Shown in pieces: positions 1 through 8,979 of a stretch of 24,000 nt of DNA (its first letter is position 1; the number at the start of each line of letters is the position of its first letter). Position numbers and translations under genes: made by a program. Origin of the DNA: Spirochaetia bacterium (GTDB lineage: Bacteria > Spirochaetota > Spirochaetia > UBA9216); assembly GCA_963677925.2 (NCBI GenBank), contig CAXXYH010000003.1, forward strand, positions 876,621 through 900,620, in the 5' to 3' direction. A model generated the notes under the pieces. The model did not search any database and had not been told where the DNA came from. It was given only the letters and a program-made list of their open reading frames with translations.

Positions 1-1242
1 TCACTTAAACTGGAATCACTGCTAACTGAAAGTGAATCAATGGAGGAGGAAAACGCCCTTCTTTTCATTGACATGGACAGGTTTAAAATTATCAATGATA
101 CATGCGGACATACGACAGCTGATACAATGCTGGTCAATGTTGCCAATATCATAAAGGATCATTCAGAAACTTCTGAGCACAGCGCAAGACTCGGCGGAGA
201 CCAGTTCGGGCTCATCCTTAACGGCTCCGACAGAGATGATATTGTTGCAAAAGCAACTAAGCTTCATAATCAGTTCCACACGCTTAGACTCGAATGGGAA
301 GAAAAGGTTTTTCCATACGATACAAGCATTGGAATAGCCTTTCTGGAAGGTACGGAAAAATCGGTCTCAGTTCTACTGGCCGAAGTAGATGATGCCTGTT
401 TTGTTGCCAAAGAAGAAGGCGGCAACAGGATTAAAATCTATAACGAGATGGAGAACCAGTTTCAAAAACGCCGCGGCGAAATGGAATGGGTATCTAAACT
501 CTCCAGGGCTCTTGATAAGAACAGATTTGAACTGTACATCCAGGAAATCAGACCTCTTAACAGCAGTGCAGATACACCCAGCAAGGGTGAAATTCTTATC
601 AGGATGAGAAATGAGGAAGGCCAGATTGTAATGCCGGCCGACTTCATTCCTGCAGCGGAACGTTATAATATGATGGCTCAGATTGACAGATGGGTAATTT
701 CAGAGTCTATCCGCCTCTTTCGTGAAAACATGAAGCATGGAAGGCTGAAGCATATTCAGCAGTTCTCTGTGAACCTTTCAGCACAGTCCATGACAGACAA
801 CAGCATACTTGGTTTTATTAAGGAACAGTTCAGGGATGCCGGGATTTCTCCCGAGCATTTCTGTTTTGAAATAACTGAAACAGCCACCATCAGCAATATG
901 GCATCGGCACATGAGTTTATAAACGATTTAAAACAGACAGGCTGTTCATTCGCCCTCGATGATTTCGGCAGCGGTTTCTCTTCGTTCAATTACCTTAAAA
1001 ACCTTCCGGTCGATTATCTAAAAATTGACGGTGTGTTTGTACGGAATATGCATGAGGACAGTGTGAACAAAGCGATGGTTGAGGCTATTAATACAATGGG
1101 CCATATCATGGGCAAGAAAACAATCGCAGAGTTCGTAAGCAATTCAACAATAATCAACATGCTTAGTGAATTGAAGGTAGACTACGCCCAGGGTTACGAG
1201 ATATCAAAACCCATACCGCTTGAATCCAAAAACTGGGCTTAA
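1..1242 (+). CDS. GGDEF-EAL domain signalling protein, 5' end truncated by the window edge; degenerate cyclase motif GGDQF with an apparently intact EAL phosphodiesterase half
   Basis: The frame of the 40..1242 ORF stays open back to nt 1 (SLKLESLLTESES-MEEE). GGDEF-domain motifs: FIDMDRFKIINDTCGH and RLGGDQFG. EAL-domain motifs: EILIRM, IPAAE, CFEITE, DDFGSGFSS, KIDG, QGY. The usual start of a GGDEF domain (about 30 aa before D-x-D-x-FK) is missing, so the gene continues upstream of the window. Confidence 0.9.
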   Translation, partial: SLKLESLLTESESMEEENALLFIDMDRFKIINDTCGHTTADTMLVNVANIIKDHSETSEHSARLGGDQFGLILNGSDRDDIVAKATKLHNQFHTLRLEWEEKVFPYDTSIGIAFLEGTEKSVSVLLAEVDDACFVAKEEGGNRIKIYNEMENQFQKRRGEMEWVSKLSRALDKNRFELYIQEIRPLNSSADTPSKGEILIRMRNEEGQIVMPADFIPAAERYNMMAQIDRWVISESIRLFRENMKHGRLKHIQQFSVNLSAQSMTDNSILGFIKEQFRDAGISPEHFCFEITETATISNMASAHEFINDLKQTGCSFALDDFGSGFSSFNYLKNLPVDYLKIDGVFVRNMHEDSVNKAMVEAINTMGHIMGKKTIAEFVSNSTIINMLSELKVDYAQGYEISKPIPLESKNWA

Positions 1243-1257
1243 CAGTATCCCGGCGTA

Positions 1258-2532
1258 TTAATTAGTAAGGCCGGCGACAGCAGCACCTATTACCGGGGCG
1301 TTGTCAACCTTTTTAATCACATAATGAAGTCCGCGTTTGGAAAACTCCGCTTTCAGGTACTTCTCTACCCTGTCCCTGAAACCGCTTAACATCCAGAAGG
1401 TAGAGCCGTCCGGACATATGCAGATGGGATGCTCAGTACTGAGTCCGCTTTCAGATTTCACCGCAACTGCAGTCAGCTTAACGGCAGTCAAAAGAGCCGC
1501 TCTTTCAATTACAGCATCGCATATCAGTCTCGACGCTTCAGCAGCTGCACTGTCAGCAGAACCAGCTTCAATTGCCGAAGAATCATCACCGTCCATGAAA
1601 CTGCTTAAACCTGCTCCGTCCATATTTTTTATTTCAGCCTCAAATACATTTTCTGACGCGGCGGATTTAAGAGTAAAACTGCATAGAGGTCCAAGATAGG
1701 CACCGGAGATCATCTTTTCGTAATGATATATAGCCGGATCTACCGTTGAGGCTCTGAATGCAGCATCGATATCGGTAGAAGGAGCTTCGTGATAGGAGCC
1801 TGATTCCATATTTATGATCTGCTTTTCAGTCTGCTGCAGACCTGGTACCTTGGATATGTTTGAATTCTTCTCCTGATAACAGGCATTTATTCCGGTTCCC
1901 ACTATCAGACCTATAAAGGAATCATAGTTTTCCGAACCTGGAGCAGATTTTCCGGCCAGCATTGTAGCAACGGTATCGTTTAAAAGGATAATCTTTTCGA
2001 TATGGGAAACGCCCCGCTCAGCCAGCGCATCTAAAACACCCTTTCCGACAAGGCAGCCTTCGACTTCTGGGGCTTTGATTTCTTTGCTGAATTTAAGAAG
2101 TCTGCCGTCCCTTTCCGGAGTTTTTTCCATGGCATAACTGAAACAGAACCCGATCTTCGCAGCTTTTGGTGCAAGATCCATTATAAAATCAGCTATCTCT
2201 CCGAAAAACTCGGACTTTGAAAGCTCTCGTTCAATTCCGGGCATACTTCTTTTTTTGAAATTGCTTATTACAGCATTTTTGTCAGAATCGAATTTGACCA
2301 GCGCGGCTCTGAAATTTGTTCCTCCGGCATCAAGGACAAGTACACTTTTATCAAGGGGAAGTTCACCAGCGGATTCAATATAAGTAGGAATCATGGGAAG
2401 AGAGGATGAACTGCTTAAGCCCTTTTCCATTTCTGCAAGGAAATCATCCGTACATTTATCAAAGTTATAAAACTCTGAGGAAAGTCTGTGTTTTGATAAA
2501 AATTTTTCGGCCTTGATCAGATTATCTTTCAT
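1258..2532 (-). CDS. Hexokinase-family sugar kinase (eukaryote-type hexokinase fold)
   Basis: 424 aa. Hexokinase signature blocks: LDAGGTNFRAALV (phosphate-1), ILLNDTVATMLAG, GLIVGTGINACY, INMESGSY and YEKMISGAYLGPL. ATG start preceded by AAGGTGG. Confidence 0.85.
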   Translation of the reverse strand: MKDNLIKAEKFLSKHRLSSEFYNFDKCTDDFLAEMEKGLSSSSSLPMIPTYIESAGELPLDKSVLVLDAGGTNFRAALVKFDSDKNAVISNFKKRSMPGIERELSKSEFFGEIADFIMDLAPKAAKIGFCFSYAMEKTPERDGRLLKFSKEIKAPEVEGCLVGKGVLDALAERGVSHIEKIILLNDTVATMLAGKSAPGSENYDSFIGLIVGTGINACYQEKNSNISKVPGLQQTEKQIINMESGSYHEAPSTDIDAAFRASTVDPAIYHYEKMISGAYLGPLCSFTLKSAASENVFEAEIKNMDGAGLSSFMDGDDSSAIEAGSADSAAAEASRLICDAVIERAALLTAVKLTAVAVKSESGLSTEHPICICPDGSTFWMLSGFRDRVEKYLKAEFSKRGLHYVIKKVDNAPVIGAAVAGLTN

Positions 2533-2596
2533 TTAACCACCTTTTCAAGTATAATACATTAAATTAAAATAAAATGAAAAGGGTAGATCAGACATA

Positions 2597-3700
2597 ATGC
2601 CTTCGCAATCCGATGTAGCAAAACTTGCAAATGTCTCGTTCATGACCGTATCAAGAGTCATTAACGGTAAGGACAATGTAAAGGAAGATACCCGACGCAG
2701 GGTTCTCAAAGCCATTGAAGAACTTGGTTACTATCCCAACGCAGCGGCAAGAGCTCTTAACAACAACAAAACGGATGGAATAGGTATTATTATACCTCAT
2801 GCCGAGTTTATGACTGTTGCTCCCTATTTTCTTGATCTCATTACAAGCCTGGAAAGAAATATAGATAGAATGGGCTACCATCTGGTATTCAAACTTCCAA
2901 GTGCCATTAAGACAGCATCAGATTACTCACAGCTGTATCTGGAAAGAAAGGTTGACGGGGTCATTGTACTTGCGCCCTCTGTTGACCAGTGGCTGCTTAG
3001 AAAACTTGTTACCGATAATGTGCCATCTGTAGTTGTTTACGGACGTGATGATGAACTTGATATTAACTATATAGATGCCAATAACCACAAGGGTGCGCTT
3101 TCGGCAATCGACTATCTGATAAACCTCGGCCATAAGCGCATAGGGATGGTAACAGGAAGCACTACTCTGATTTGCGGACGCGATAGAATAAGCGGCTACC
3201 TTGAGGCCATTGAAAAAAATAATCTGCCTGTTGATAAAAGGCTTATTTACTATGGAGACTGGCAGCCGGAGAGCGGTAAAAAGGCTTTTAAATACTTCAT
3301 GGGCCTGGAAAAACAGCCTACAGCCGTATTCTGCGCCAATGACCACATGGCTCTCGGCCTGATGAATGCAGCATTTGAAGCAGGACTGCGTATACCTCAG
3401 GATCTTTCAGTTTTCGGATATAATAATATTACCTACTCGGAATTTCTCACTCCGCCGCTTACGACCATGAAACAGCCGCTTGAAGAAATCGGCAACATGG
3501 CTGTTGAACTGCTTGTGAAGGTAATTGAGGAACCCTCAAGGCCTAAAGAAAAGATTATGATGGATACCGAACTGGTAGTGCGAAAATCCTGCTGTCCGCC
3601 CCGGAAGACTGATCATATTAAAATCAAACCCTCAGATCCTCTTGAACTTCCAGCTCTCAGGGTGGGTCCTGTATACCCCCACCCCTACAGGAAGGAATAA
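2597..3700 (+). CDS. LacI/GalR family transcriptional regulator
   Basis: N-terminal HTH SQSDVAKLANVSFMTVSRVINGKDNVKEDTRRRVLKAIEELGYYPNAAARALNN, followed by a periplasmic-binding-protein-like sugar-binding core (TAVFCANDHMALG). Divergent from the hexokinase-family gene across a 64 bp gap. Confidence 0.9.
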   Translation: MPSQSDVAKLANVSFMTVSRVINGKDNVKEDTRRRVLKAIEELGYYPNAAARALNNNKTDGIGIIIPHAEFMTVAPYFLDLITSLERNIDRMGYHLVFKLPSAIKTASDYSQLYLERKVDGVIVLAPSVDQWLLRKLVTDNVPSVVVYGRDDELDINYIDANNHKGALSAIDYLINLGHKRIGMVTGSTTLICGRDRISGYLEAIEKNNLPVDKRLIYYGDWQPESGKKAFKYFMGLEKQPTAVFCANDHMALGLMNAAFEAGLRIPQDLSVFGYNNITYSEFLTPPLTTMKQPLEEIGNMAVELLVKVIEEPSRPKEKIMMDTELVVRKSCCPPRKTDHIKIKPSDPLELPALRVGPVYPHPYRKE

Positions 3701-3704
3701 AGCA

Positions 3705-5096
3705 TCAGATCATCGAATCAATATCGAATACACTCTCAAGCTTTTCAGGGCTTAGAATTCCTTCTTCTGCTGCAACATCCTTAACCTTGCGTTTTTCCTT
3801 ATACGCCCGATATGCAATAGCTGCGGCTTTGTCGTAGCCTATTTCAATCGCAAGCGGAGTAACCACCGCAAGGCTCCATTCTATAAAATCACGGCATCGC
3901 TGTTCATCAGCTTCTATTCCGCTGATGCATTTTTCTGCAAAGCTCACACTGACCCGATCAAGAAGATCAATCGAAGTAAGAATCTCATGTACGAGGAGAG
4001 GCTGCATGATATTGAGCTCTAGCGGTGAATTCTGACAGGCTACAGTTACCGAGGTATATTTACCGCTTATATGAGCAGCCGACTGAATTACCATCTCGGG
4101 AATTACCGGATTAACTTTTCCCGGCATTATTGACGAACCGGGCTGCAGTGACGGAAGAACAATTTCTCCGAGTGCGCCTCTGGGCCCGCTTGCAAGAATA
4201 CGCAGGTCCTGAGCTATTTTCATCAAACTGACAGCTATGCTGTTTACAGCCCCCATAAGCTCAAGCATTGAATCACGGGCGGCTATAGCCTCAAACAGAT
4301 TCTCAGCCTGCCTGAAGGGCACCCCTGTTTCTGCCCCTGTAAAGTCTGCAACTTTCTTTCCGAAATCAGGATGGGTATTAATGCCGGTTCCAAGCGCTGT
4401 TCCGCCGATTGCAAGCTCTTCAAGATTACCGAAAGTATTTCTGAGTCTGGCAGCCCCCTTTCGAACCTGAACCGCGTAGGCAGAAAATTCCTGGCCCAGG
4501 GTCATAGGCACCGCATCCTGGAGATGGGTTCTTCCGAGCTTCGGGACTCCTGAAAACTCCTCAGCCTTGGCTTCAAGTGCTGTCGCAAGTATAATCAGTG
4601 ATTTTTCAAGATTGGATGCGGCAAGACGGGCTGCAATATTCATTGCAGTCGGAATTACATCATTTGATGACTGACCGCGGTTTACATGGTCATTTGGATG
4701 GACAGGCTCCTTGCTTCCGATTCCCGTGCCGGCTTCTGCATTCGAAATATTAGCTATAACCTCATTTATATTCATGTTCCAAGAGGTTCCCGATCCTGTC
4801 TGAAATACATCAAGAGGAAATTCCGAGCTGAACTCTCCCTTCTCTATCCTTGAGGCTGCCCTCATTATAAGATCACGAACTTCTTCGTTAACGAGTCCCA
4901 GACTGCAGTTTACAGATGCCGCAGCCCTCTTTATAAGTGCAAGAGCGGAAAGATAAGATTCCGGAATACGGTATTCGGAGACTGTAAAATTCTCAACTGC
5001 ACGCTGAGTCTGAGCCCCCCACCACCTGTCTGATTTTATTCTTACTTCGCCCATTGAGTCTTTTTCTATTCTGAATCCTTCATTCATAAGCTGCAT
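3705..5096 (-). CDS. fumC: Class II fumarate hydratase (fumarase C)
   Basis: 463 aa, collinear by eye with E. coli FumC: EKDSMGEV...WGAQTQRAVENF, FQTGSGTSWNMNINEV, HPNDHVNRGQSSND, GRTHLQDAVPMTLGQE. Carries the fumarate-lyase signature GSSIMPGKVNP. WGAQTQR favours fumarase over aspartase. Confidence 0.88.
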   Translation of the reverse strand: MQLMNEGFRIEKDSMGEVRIKSDRWWGAQTQRAVENFTVSEYRIPESYLSALALIKRAAASVNCSLGLVNEEVRDLIMRAASRIEKGEFSSEFPLDVFQTGSGTSWNMNINEVIANISNAEAGTGIGSKEPVHPNDHVNRGQSSNDVIPTAMNIAARLAASNLEKSLIILATALEAKAEEFSGVPKLGRTHLQDAVPMTLGQEFSAYAVQVRKGAARLRNTFGNLEELAIGGTALGTGINTHPDFGKKVADFTGAETGVPFRQAENLFEAIAARDSMLELMGAVNSIAVSLMKIAQDLRILASGPRGALGEIVLPSLQPGSSIMPGKVNPVIPEMVIQSAAHISGKYTSVTVACQNSPLELNIMQPLLVHEILTSIDLLDRVSVSFAEKCISGIEADEQRCRDFIEWSLAVVTPLAIEIGYDKAAAIAYRAYKEKRKVKDVAAEEGILSPEKLESVFDIDSMI

Positions 5097-5218
5097 TATT
5101 TACTTTTTAGACAGCTTTTTCAACACCCGGAACAGGGTGCTTCAGCTGTTAATTACAAACATAATTTCTGTTCAGGGATGCCCTTGACCGGTAAGGTTGC
5201 TTTGTTTATTGTAGGAAG

Positions 5219-5770
5219 ATGCTGAAGCTATTCAAACCGCTGCTGATTACAGGAATGAAGCACAGCGGTAAAACAACAACCGGAAAAACACTTTCCAGGA
5301 TGACAGGAATCAGGTTTCTCGATATCGATGATCTCATTGAGGAACTTTATTTTGAAAAAACAGGAAACCGTAAAACCTTCCGCGAGATATACAGGGAGGC
5401 GCCGGAAAACTTCAAAAAGCATGAAGCCGGTGCAGCAGAGGTTCTTGTAAACAGGAAACAAATCCTTATAGCCGCTGCCGGCGGCGGATTATGCGCTAAC
5501 GAAGATGCAGTAAAAATACTTAAAGATGAATTTGTTTTTATCTGCATCAATGAAAAGAAAGAAGTTCTTTTACAGAGAATACTCGCAGGAGGTATTCCCG
5601 CGTTTCTTGACCCTGATAATCCGGAAGAGCATTTCAGCAGACTGTATGATGAGCGGACAGCAATCTATCATAGTTTATGCCGTATAAGTATAGAAGCAGA
5701 AGAACGGCATCCGGAAGATATAGCCGAAGATATCATTGAGAGTTTAAAGGAGCATGGATATGCCAGGTAG
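5219..5770 (+). CDS. aroK: Shikimate kinase
   Basis: 183 aa. Walker A GMKHSGKTTTGK, FLDIDDLIE, FREIY..E and AAAGGG match the shikimate kinase layout. Overlaps the downstream chorismate synthase gene. Confidence 0.78.
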   Translation: MLKLFKPLLITGMKHSGKTTTGKTLSRMTGIRFLDIDDLIEELYFEKTGNRKTFREIYREAPENFKKHEAGAAEVLVNRKQILIAAAGGGLCANEDAVKILKDEFVFICINEKKEVLLQRILAGGIPAFLDPDNPEEHFSRLYDERTAIYHSLCRISIEAEERHPEDIAEDIIESLKEHGYAR

Positions 5771-6818
5771 CAGTTTTGGCCAGAATTTCAGAATAACAAC
5801 TTTCGGAGAGTCTCACGGAATTGCCGTAGGCGTAATAATTGACGGAGTAACCCCCGGTATTGAATTGACCGAGGCAGACATCCAGAAGGAAATGGACCGC
5901 CGGAAGCCCGGGCAGTCAGCGGTAACAACTCCCAGAAAGGAGAGCGACACTGTAGCCATTGTCTCGGGTATGTTTGAAGGCAAAACAACCGGAACGCCGC
6001 TTACTGTTATTCTTTATAACAAGGACGCAAACCCCGAGGCTTATTCCAACATCAAGGATTTCTACCGCCCTGGTCATGCCGACTATACATACCAGCAGAA
6101 ATACGGAATCCGTGATTTCAGGGGCAGCGGGCGAGCTTCGGGGCGGGAAACCGCAGGACGTGTTGCAGCAGGCGCCGTGGCAAAGAAGATGCTGGCCGAA
6201 CATGGTATAAAAATTACCGCCTACACACTTGAGGTTGCAGGCATAAGGTGCGAAAGCATTGATCTGTCAATTATTGAGGAAAACCCGGTAAGAGCTGCAG
6301 ATGCGGCCGCTGCCTGGAAAATGACCCAGAAAATAACTGAACTTGCCGAGAAGGGGGATAGTACCGGAGGCATTGTTGAATGCGTCATTACAGGAGTTCC
6401 GGCCGGACTCGGCGAACCTGTATTCGACAAGATTGACGCTGAACTTTCAAAGGCAGTGATGTCGCTCGGCGGTGTCAAGGGTATCGAGTTCGGAGCAGGT
6501 TTTGCCGCTGCAAAGATGCTCGGCAGCGAACACAATGACTGGATGGATAAAGAAGGGTTTAAAACCAACAATGCCGGCGGAATACTCGGAGGCATTACAA
6601 CCGGCAATGATATTATTTTCCGGATTGCAGTGAAGCCGACATCATCAATCGAACATCCACAGCAGACCATCGGACTTGACGGCGAGGAGACTGAAATTAT
6701 CACAACAGGAAGACATGACCCCTGCCTTACTCCGCGAATTGTTCCGGTTGTTGAATCAATGGCCGCCCTGGTGCTGATTGACCATATGAAACGGCATACT
6801 GCTCAGCTCAGCAGGTAA
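5760..6818 (+). CDS. aroC: Chorismate synthase
   Basis: FGQNFRITTFGESHG at the N-terminus, plus RPGHADYTY, GRxSGRETAGRVAAGA and GGILGGITTG. The ORF track starts at 5754, but GGAG at 5749-5752 sits 7 nt before the ATG at 5760 and only 1 nt before the ATG at 5754, so 5760 is favoured. Confidence 0.92.
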   Translation: MPGSSFGQNFRITTFGESHGIAVGVIIDGVTPGIELTEADIQKEMDRRKPGQSAVTTPRKESDTVAIVSGMFEGKTTGTPLTVILYNKDANPEAYSNIKDFYRPGHADYTYQQKYGIRDFRGSGRASGRETAGRVAAGAVAKKMLAEHGIKITAYTLEVAGIRCESIDLSIIEENPVRAADAAAAWKMTQKITELAEKGDSTGGIVECVITGVPAGLGEPVFDKIDAELSKAVMSLGGVKGIEFGAGFAAAKMLGSEHNDWMDKEGFKTNNAGGILGGITTGNDIIFRIAVKPTSSIEHPQQTIGLDGEETEIITTGRHDPCLTPRIVPVVESMAALVLIDHMKRHTAQLSR

Positions 6819-7609
6819 CCCCTGTCGACTGTAATAATGCCTCCTGTAATGCTTGCAGAAGCCCCTGAGGCAAGAAAGAGCACTGTTGAGGCAATATCTT
6901 CGCCGGTTACCAGGCGTGAACTTCCGTCTGCACATTTGAGAGGATTACGGGCTTCAACCATTTCTGCAAGCTCTGAAGAGCCTTCCCTGAGAGCATCCGA
7001 TTCAACCAGCCCCGGAGCCACGGCATTTACTCTGATACCGGAAGGACCGAGCTCAGCAGCCAGAGAGGCTGTGTAGGCCGCGACCGCGCCCTTTGTGGCA
7101 TCATAATGAGCTGTATTACCGAATCCGGGATGAAGCGCGTTGATACTGGCAATGTTGATGATGGAACCTCTCTGGGCGCAGGAGGAGGCCTTGTTTGCTT
7201 TCATAATCTTCGCCGCTTCACGTGAGCAGAGAAACAGACCCCGTGTATTTACAGCAAAGACCCTGTCCCACTCATCCGCACTTAATTCTTCCTGGGGCAA
7301 AACACTCAGGACCCCGGAATTATTCACAAGTATATCTACAGTGTCAAAATCAGGATCATCGCTTATTTCTTTAAACAGTCTGACAACCTGGACTTCATTG
7401 CTTATGTCAGCTTTAAAAGCTTTTGCAATACAGCCCGCGTTCCTTAGCTCAGATACCAGCTTATCGGCAGAATGAGCGCTTGAATTATATACTACAGCCA
7501 CGGAGGCTCCGGAATATGCAAGCCTACGGCTTACAGCATTGCCGATGTTAACGGCACCTCCTGTAATTACAGCTGTTTTTCCTTTTAAACTGAACATTGT
7601 GTCGGACAT
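6803..7609 (-). CDS. Short-chain dehydrogenase/reductase (SDR) family oxidoreductase
   Basis: TGGAVNIGNA cofactor loop, NNSGV, and the catalytic YDATK (YxxxK). The maximal ORF starts at 7621. The ATG at 7609 is preceded by GGAG at a 6-nt spacing and is favoured. The 3' end overlaps the convergent aroC by 16 bp. Confidence 0.88.
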   Translation of the reverse strand: MSDTMFSLKGKTAVITGGAVNIGNAVSRRLAYSGASVAVVYNSSAHSADKLVSELRNAGCIAKAFKADISNEVQVVRLFKEISDDPDFDTVDILVNNSGVLSVLPQEELSADEWDRVFAVNTRGLFLCSREAAKIMKANKASSCAQRGSIINIASINALHPGFGNTAHYDATKGAVAAYTASLAAELGPSGIRVNAVAPGLVESDALREGSSELAEMVEARNPLKCADGSSRLVTGEDIASTVLFLASGASASITGGIITVDRGYLLS

Positions 7610-7635
7610 AGTCTGCTCCATGCTTATTATTTCGC

Positions 7636-8109
7636 TTATTTCGTAAATTTCAGGATAATATCTGCTAAATCCGGATACATCGATGAAAGACTATTCTGTT
7701 CACCGTGATCGTATTGTTCATTCGAATAGGGAGGCGCCATTGTAGTACCGAAAAGCGCCCATTTCCCTTCAGCAGCCAGGCGGGTCGACTGCCATACACC
7801 TGCAGGACTGAGAAGCTGGGGAACTTCGCCTTCATTGAAATTCTGCCCGATTCTGAATATTTTATAACTTCCATCCGGGAATATCTGCAGCTGTCTTGCA
7901 GGATCTCCGGCATAAAAATGCCACATCTCATCCGAGCTGAGCCTGTGAAAGGCCGACCAGGAATCGGGCGTAATGAGGTAATATATTGCTGAAGAGTTCT
8001 GTGTAAGGTAGGTACTTCTGAAATACCCGCCTTCAACAGGCAGAGGTTCAAGCCCGAGGCTATCTATTACAGCATTTAAGCTTAGTTTGCTGTTCGCTGA
8101 ATCAGACAT
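7636..8109 (-). CDS. Cupin-fold protein of the DUF985 type
   Basis: About 157 aa. LEPLPVEGGYFRSTY plus SAIYYL..., FHRL.SDEMWHFYAGDP and the later GxW motif resemble the DUF985 cupin family. The track start at 8115 is TTG and the first ATG is at 8109. Lies 14 bp upstream of the SDR gene on the same strand. Confidence 0.72.
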   Translation of the reverse strand: MSDSANSKLSLNAVIDSLGLEPLPVEGGYFRSTYLTQNSSAIYYLITPDSWSAFHRLSSDEMWHFYAGDPARQLQIFPDGSYKIFRIGQNFNEGEVPQLLSPAGVWQSTRLAAEGKWALFGTTMAPPYSNEQYDHGEQNSLSSMYPDLADIILKFTK

Positions 8110-8227
8110 ATCCAAAGATTATCATATTAACTTCTATCTGTCAGACATTAAAATCCTAACACAGTTCTAACATATCAATAATTGACTTTTACACTCAGAT
8201 AAAGCTATGTTTGATGTGGAGTAAATT

Positions 8228-8668
8228 ATGAAGAAAAGCATTCTTTTTCTATGTACAGGAAATTCATGCAGAAGCCAGATGGCCGAAGGCTGGTGCAGAG
8301 CCCTTAAGGGAGATCTTTTTGAAGTCTATTCTGCAGGCATAGAAACACACGGATTAAACCCCAATGCAGTAAAGGTGATGGGTGAAGCAGGAATCGACAT
8401 ATCAGGCCACCAAAGCAAGAATGTTAATGATATGATACAAGCCGGTCAGAGTTTCGACTATGTTGTAACAGTCTGCGGACATGCAGCCGAGACCTGCCCA
8501 TACTTTCCCGGAAAAACAACCCGTGTTCATGCAGGCTTTGACGATCCGCCTGCCCTGGCTAAAACTGCCAAAACCGAAGAAGAAGCCCTCTCACATTACC
8601 GAAGGGTAAGAGATGAAATAAAGGCCTGGATCGAACAGCTTCCAGGCAGCCTTCCTGCAGCTGAATAA
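8228..8668 (+). CDS. arsC: Arsenate reductase, LMW-PTP / thioredoxin-coupled type
   Basis: [19 protein letters not shown]-loop (CX5R). A second cysteine pair, VCGHAAETC, has the spacing of Cys82/Cys89 in the pI258-type ArsC. GGAG lies 6 nt before the ATG. Confidence 0.88.
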   Translation: MKKSILFLCTGNSCRSQMAEGWCRALKGDLFEVYSAGIETHGLNPNAVKVMGEAGIDISGHQSKNVNDMIQAGQSFDYVVTVCGHAAETCPYFPGKTTRVHAGFDDPPALAKTAKTEEEALSHYRRVRDEIKAWIEQLPGSLPAAE

Positions 8669-8670
8669 TA

Positions 8671-8979
8671 TCAGCAGCAGGAAGATTTTCCGCCTTCACC
8701 GCTGCAGGAGGGACCGCAGTCGCAGGAGGGGTCTCCGCCTTTAATCATGCTGTTAAATACAGCTTCGGCACAGCCTACTCCCTTATCGACCGAAAGAGCC
8801 TTGAACGAACAGTTGAGGACACAGGCACCGCATTCCATACAGGAATCTGAATCATCAATCCGGACCTTTCTTTCATCCTCTGCAAAAACCGCATGTGGAC
8901 AGACCTCTATGCACATAAAACATCCGGTGCACTTCTGCAAATCGATTTTGATAGTTGCTGTATTCCTTAGATATTTCAT
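8671..8979 (-). CDS. hgcB: Mercury-methylation ferredoxin HgcB (2x[4Fe-4S])
   Basis: 102 aa. Two CX2CX2CX3CP-type clusters (CTGCFMCIEVCP and CMECGACVLNC). Conserved GVGCA after the ferredoxin core and a cysteine-rich tail ending in the vicinal pair CC, as in described HgcB. The start overlaps the hgcA stop (ATGA). Confidence 0.85.
   Translation of the reverse strand: MKYLRNTATIKIDLQKCTGCFMCIEVCPHAVFAEDERKVRIDDSDSCMECGACVLNCSFKALSVDKGVGCAEAVFNSMIKGGDPSCDCGPSCSGEGGKSSCC

Noticed and set aside
7665-8051. 128-aa ORF on the same strand as the cupin gene but in another frame, plus the 95-aa plus-strand ORF at 7705..7992
   Set aside because: The 7636..8115 frame carries the DUF985/cupin motifs (EGGYFRSTY, MWHFY). 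The alternatives have no motifs and are nested inside it.
8182-8211. Possible arsC promoter TTGACT-18 nt-TATGTT
   Set aside because: The spacing puts the predicted start at about 8218, on top of the GGAG ribosome-binding site. It therefore cannot serve the ATG at 8228 as drawn. The evidence is too weak to list as a feature.
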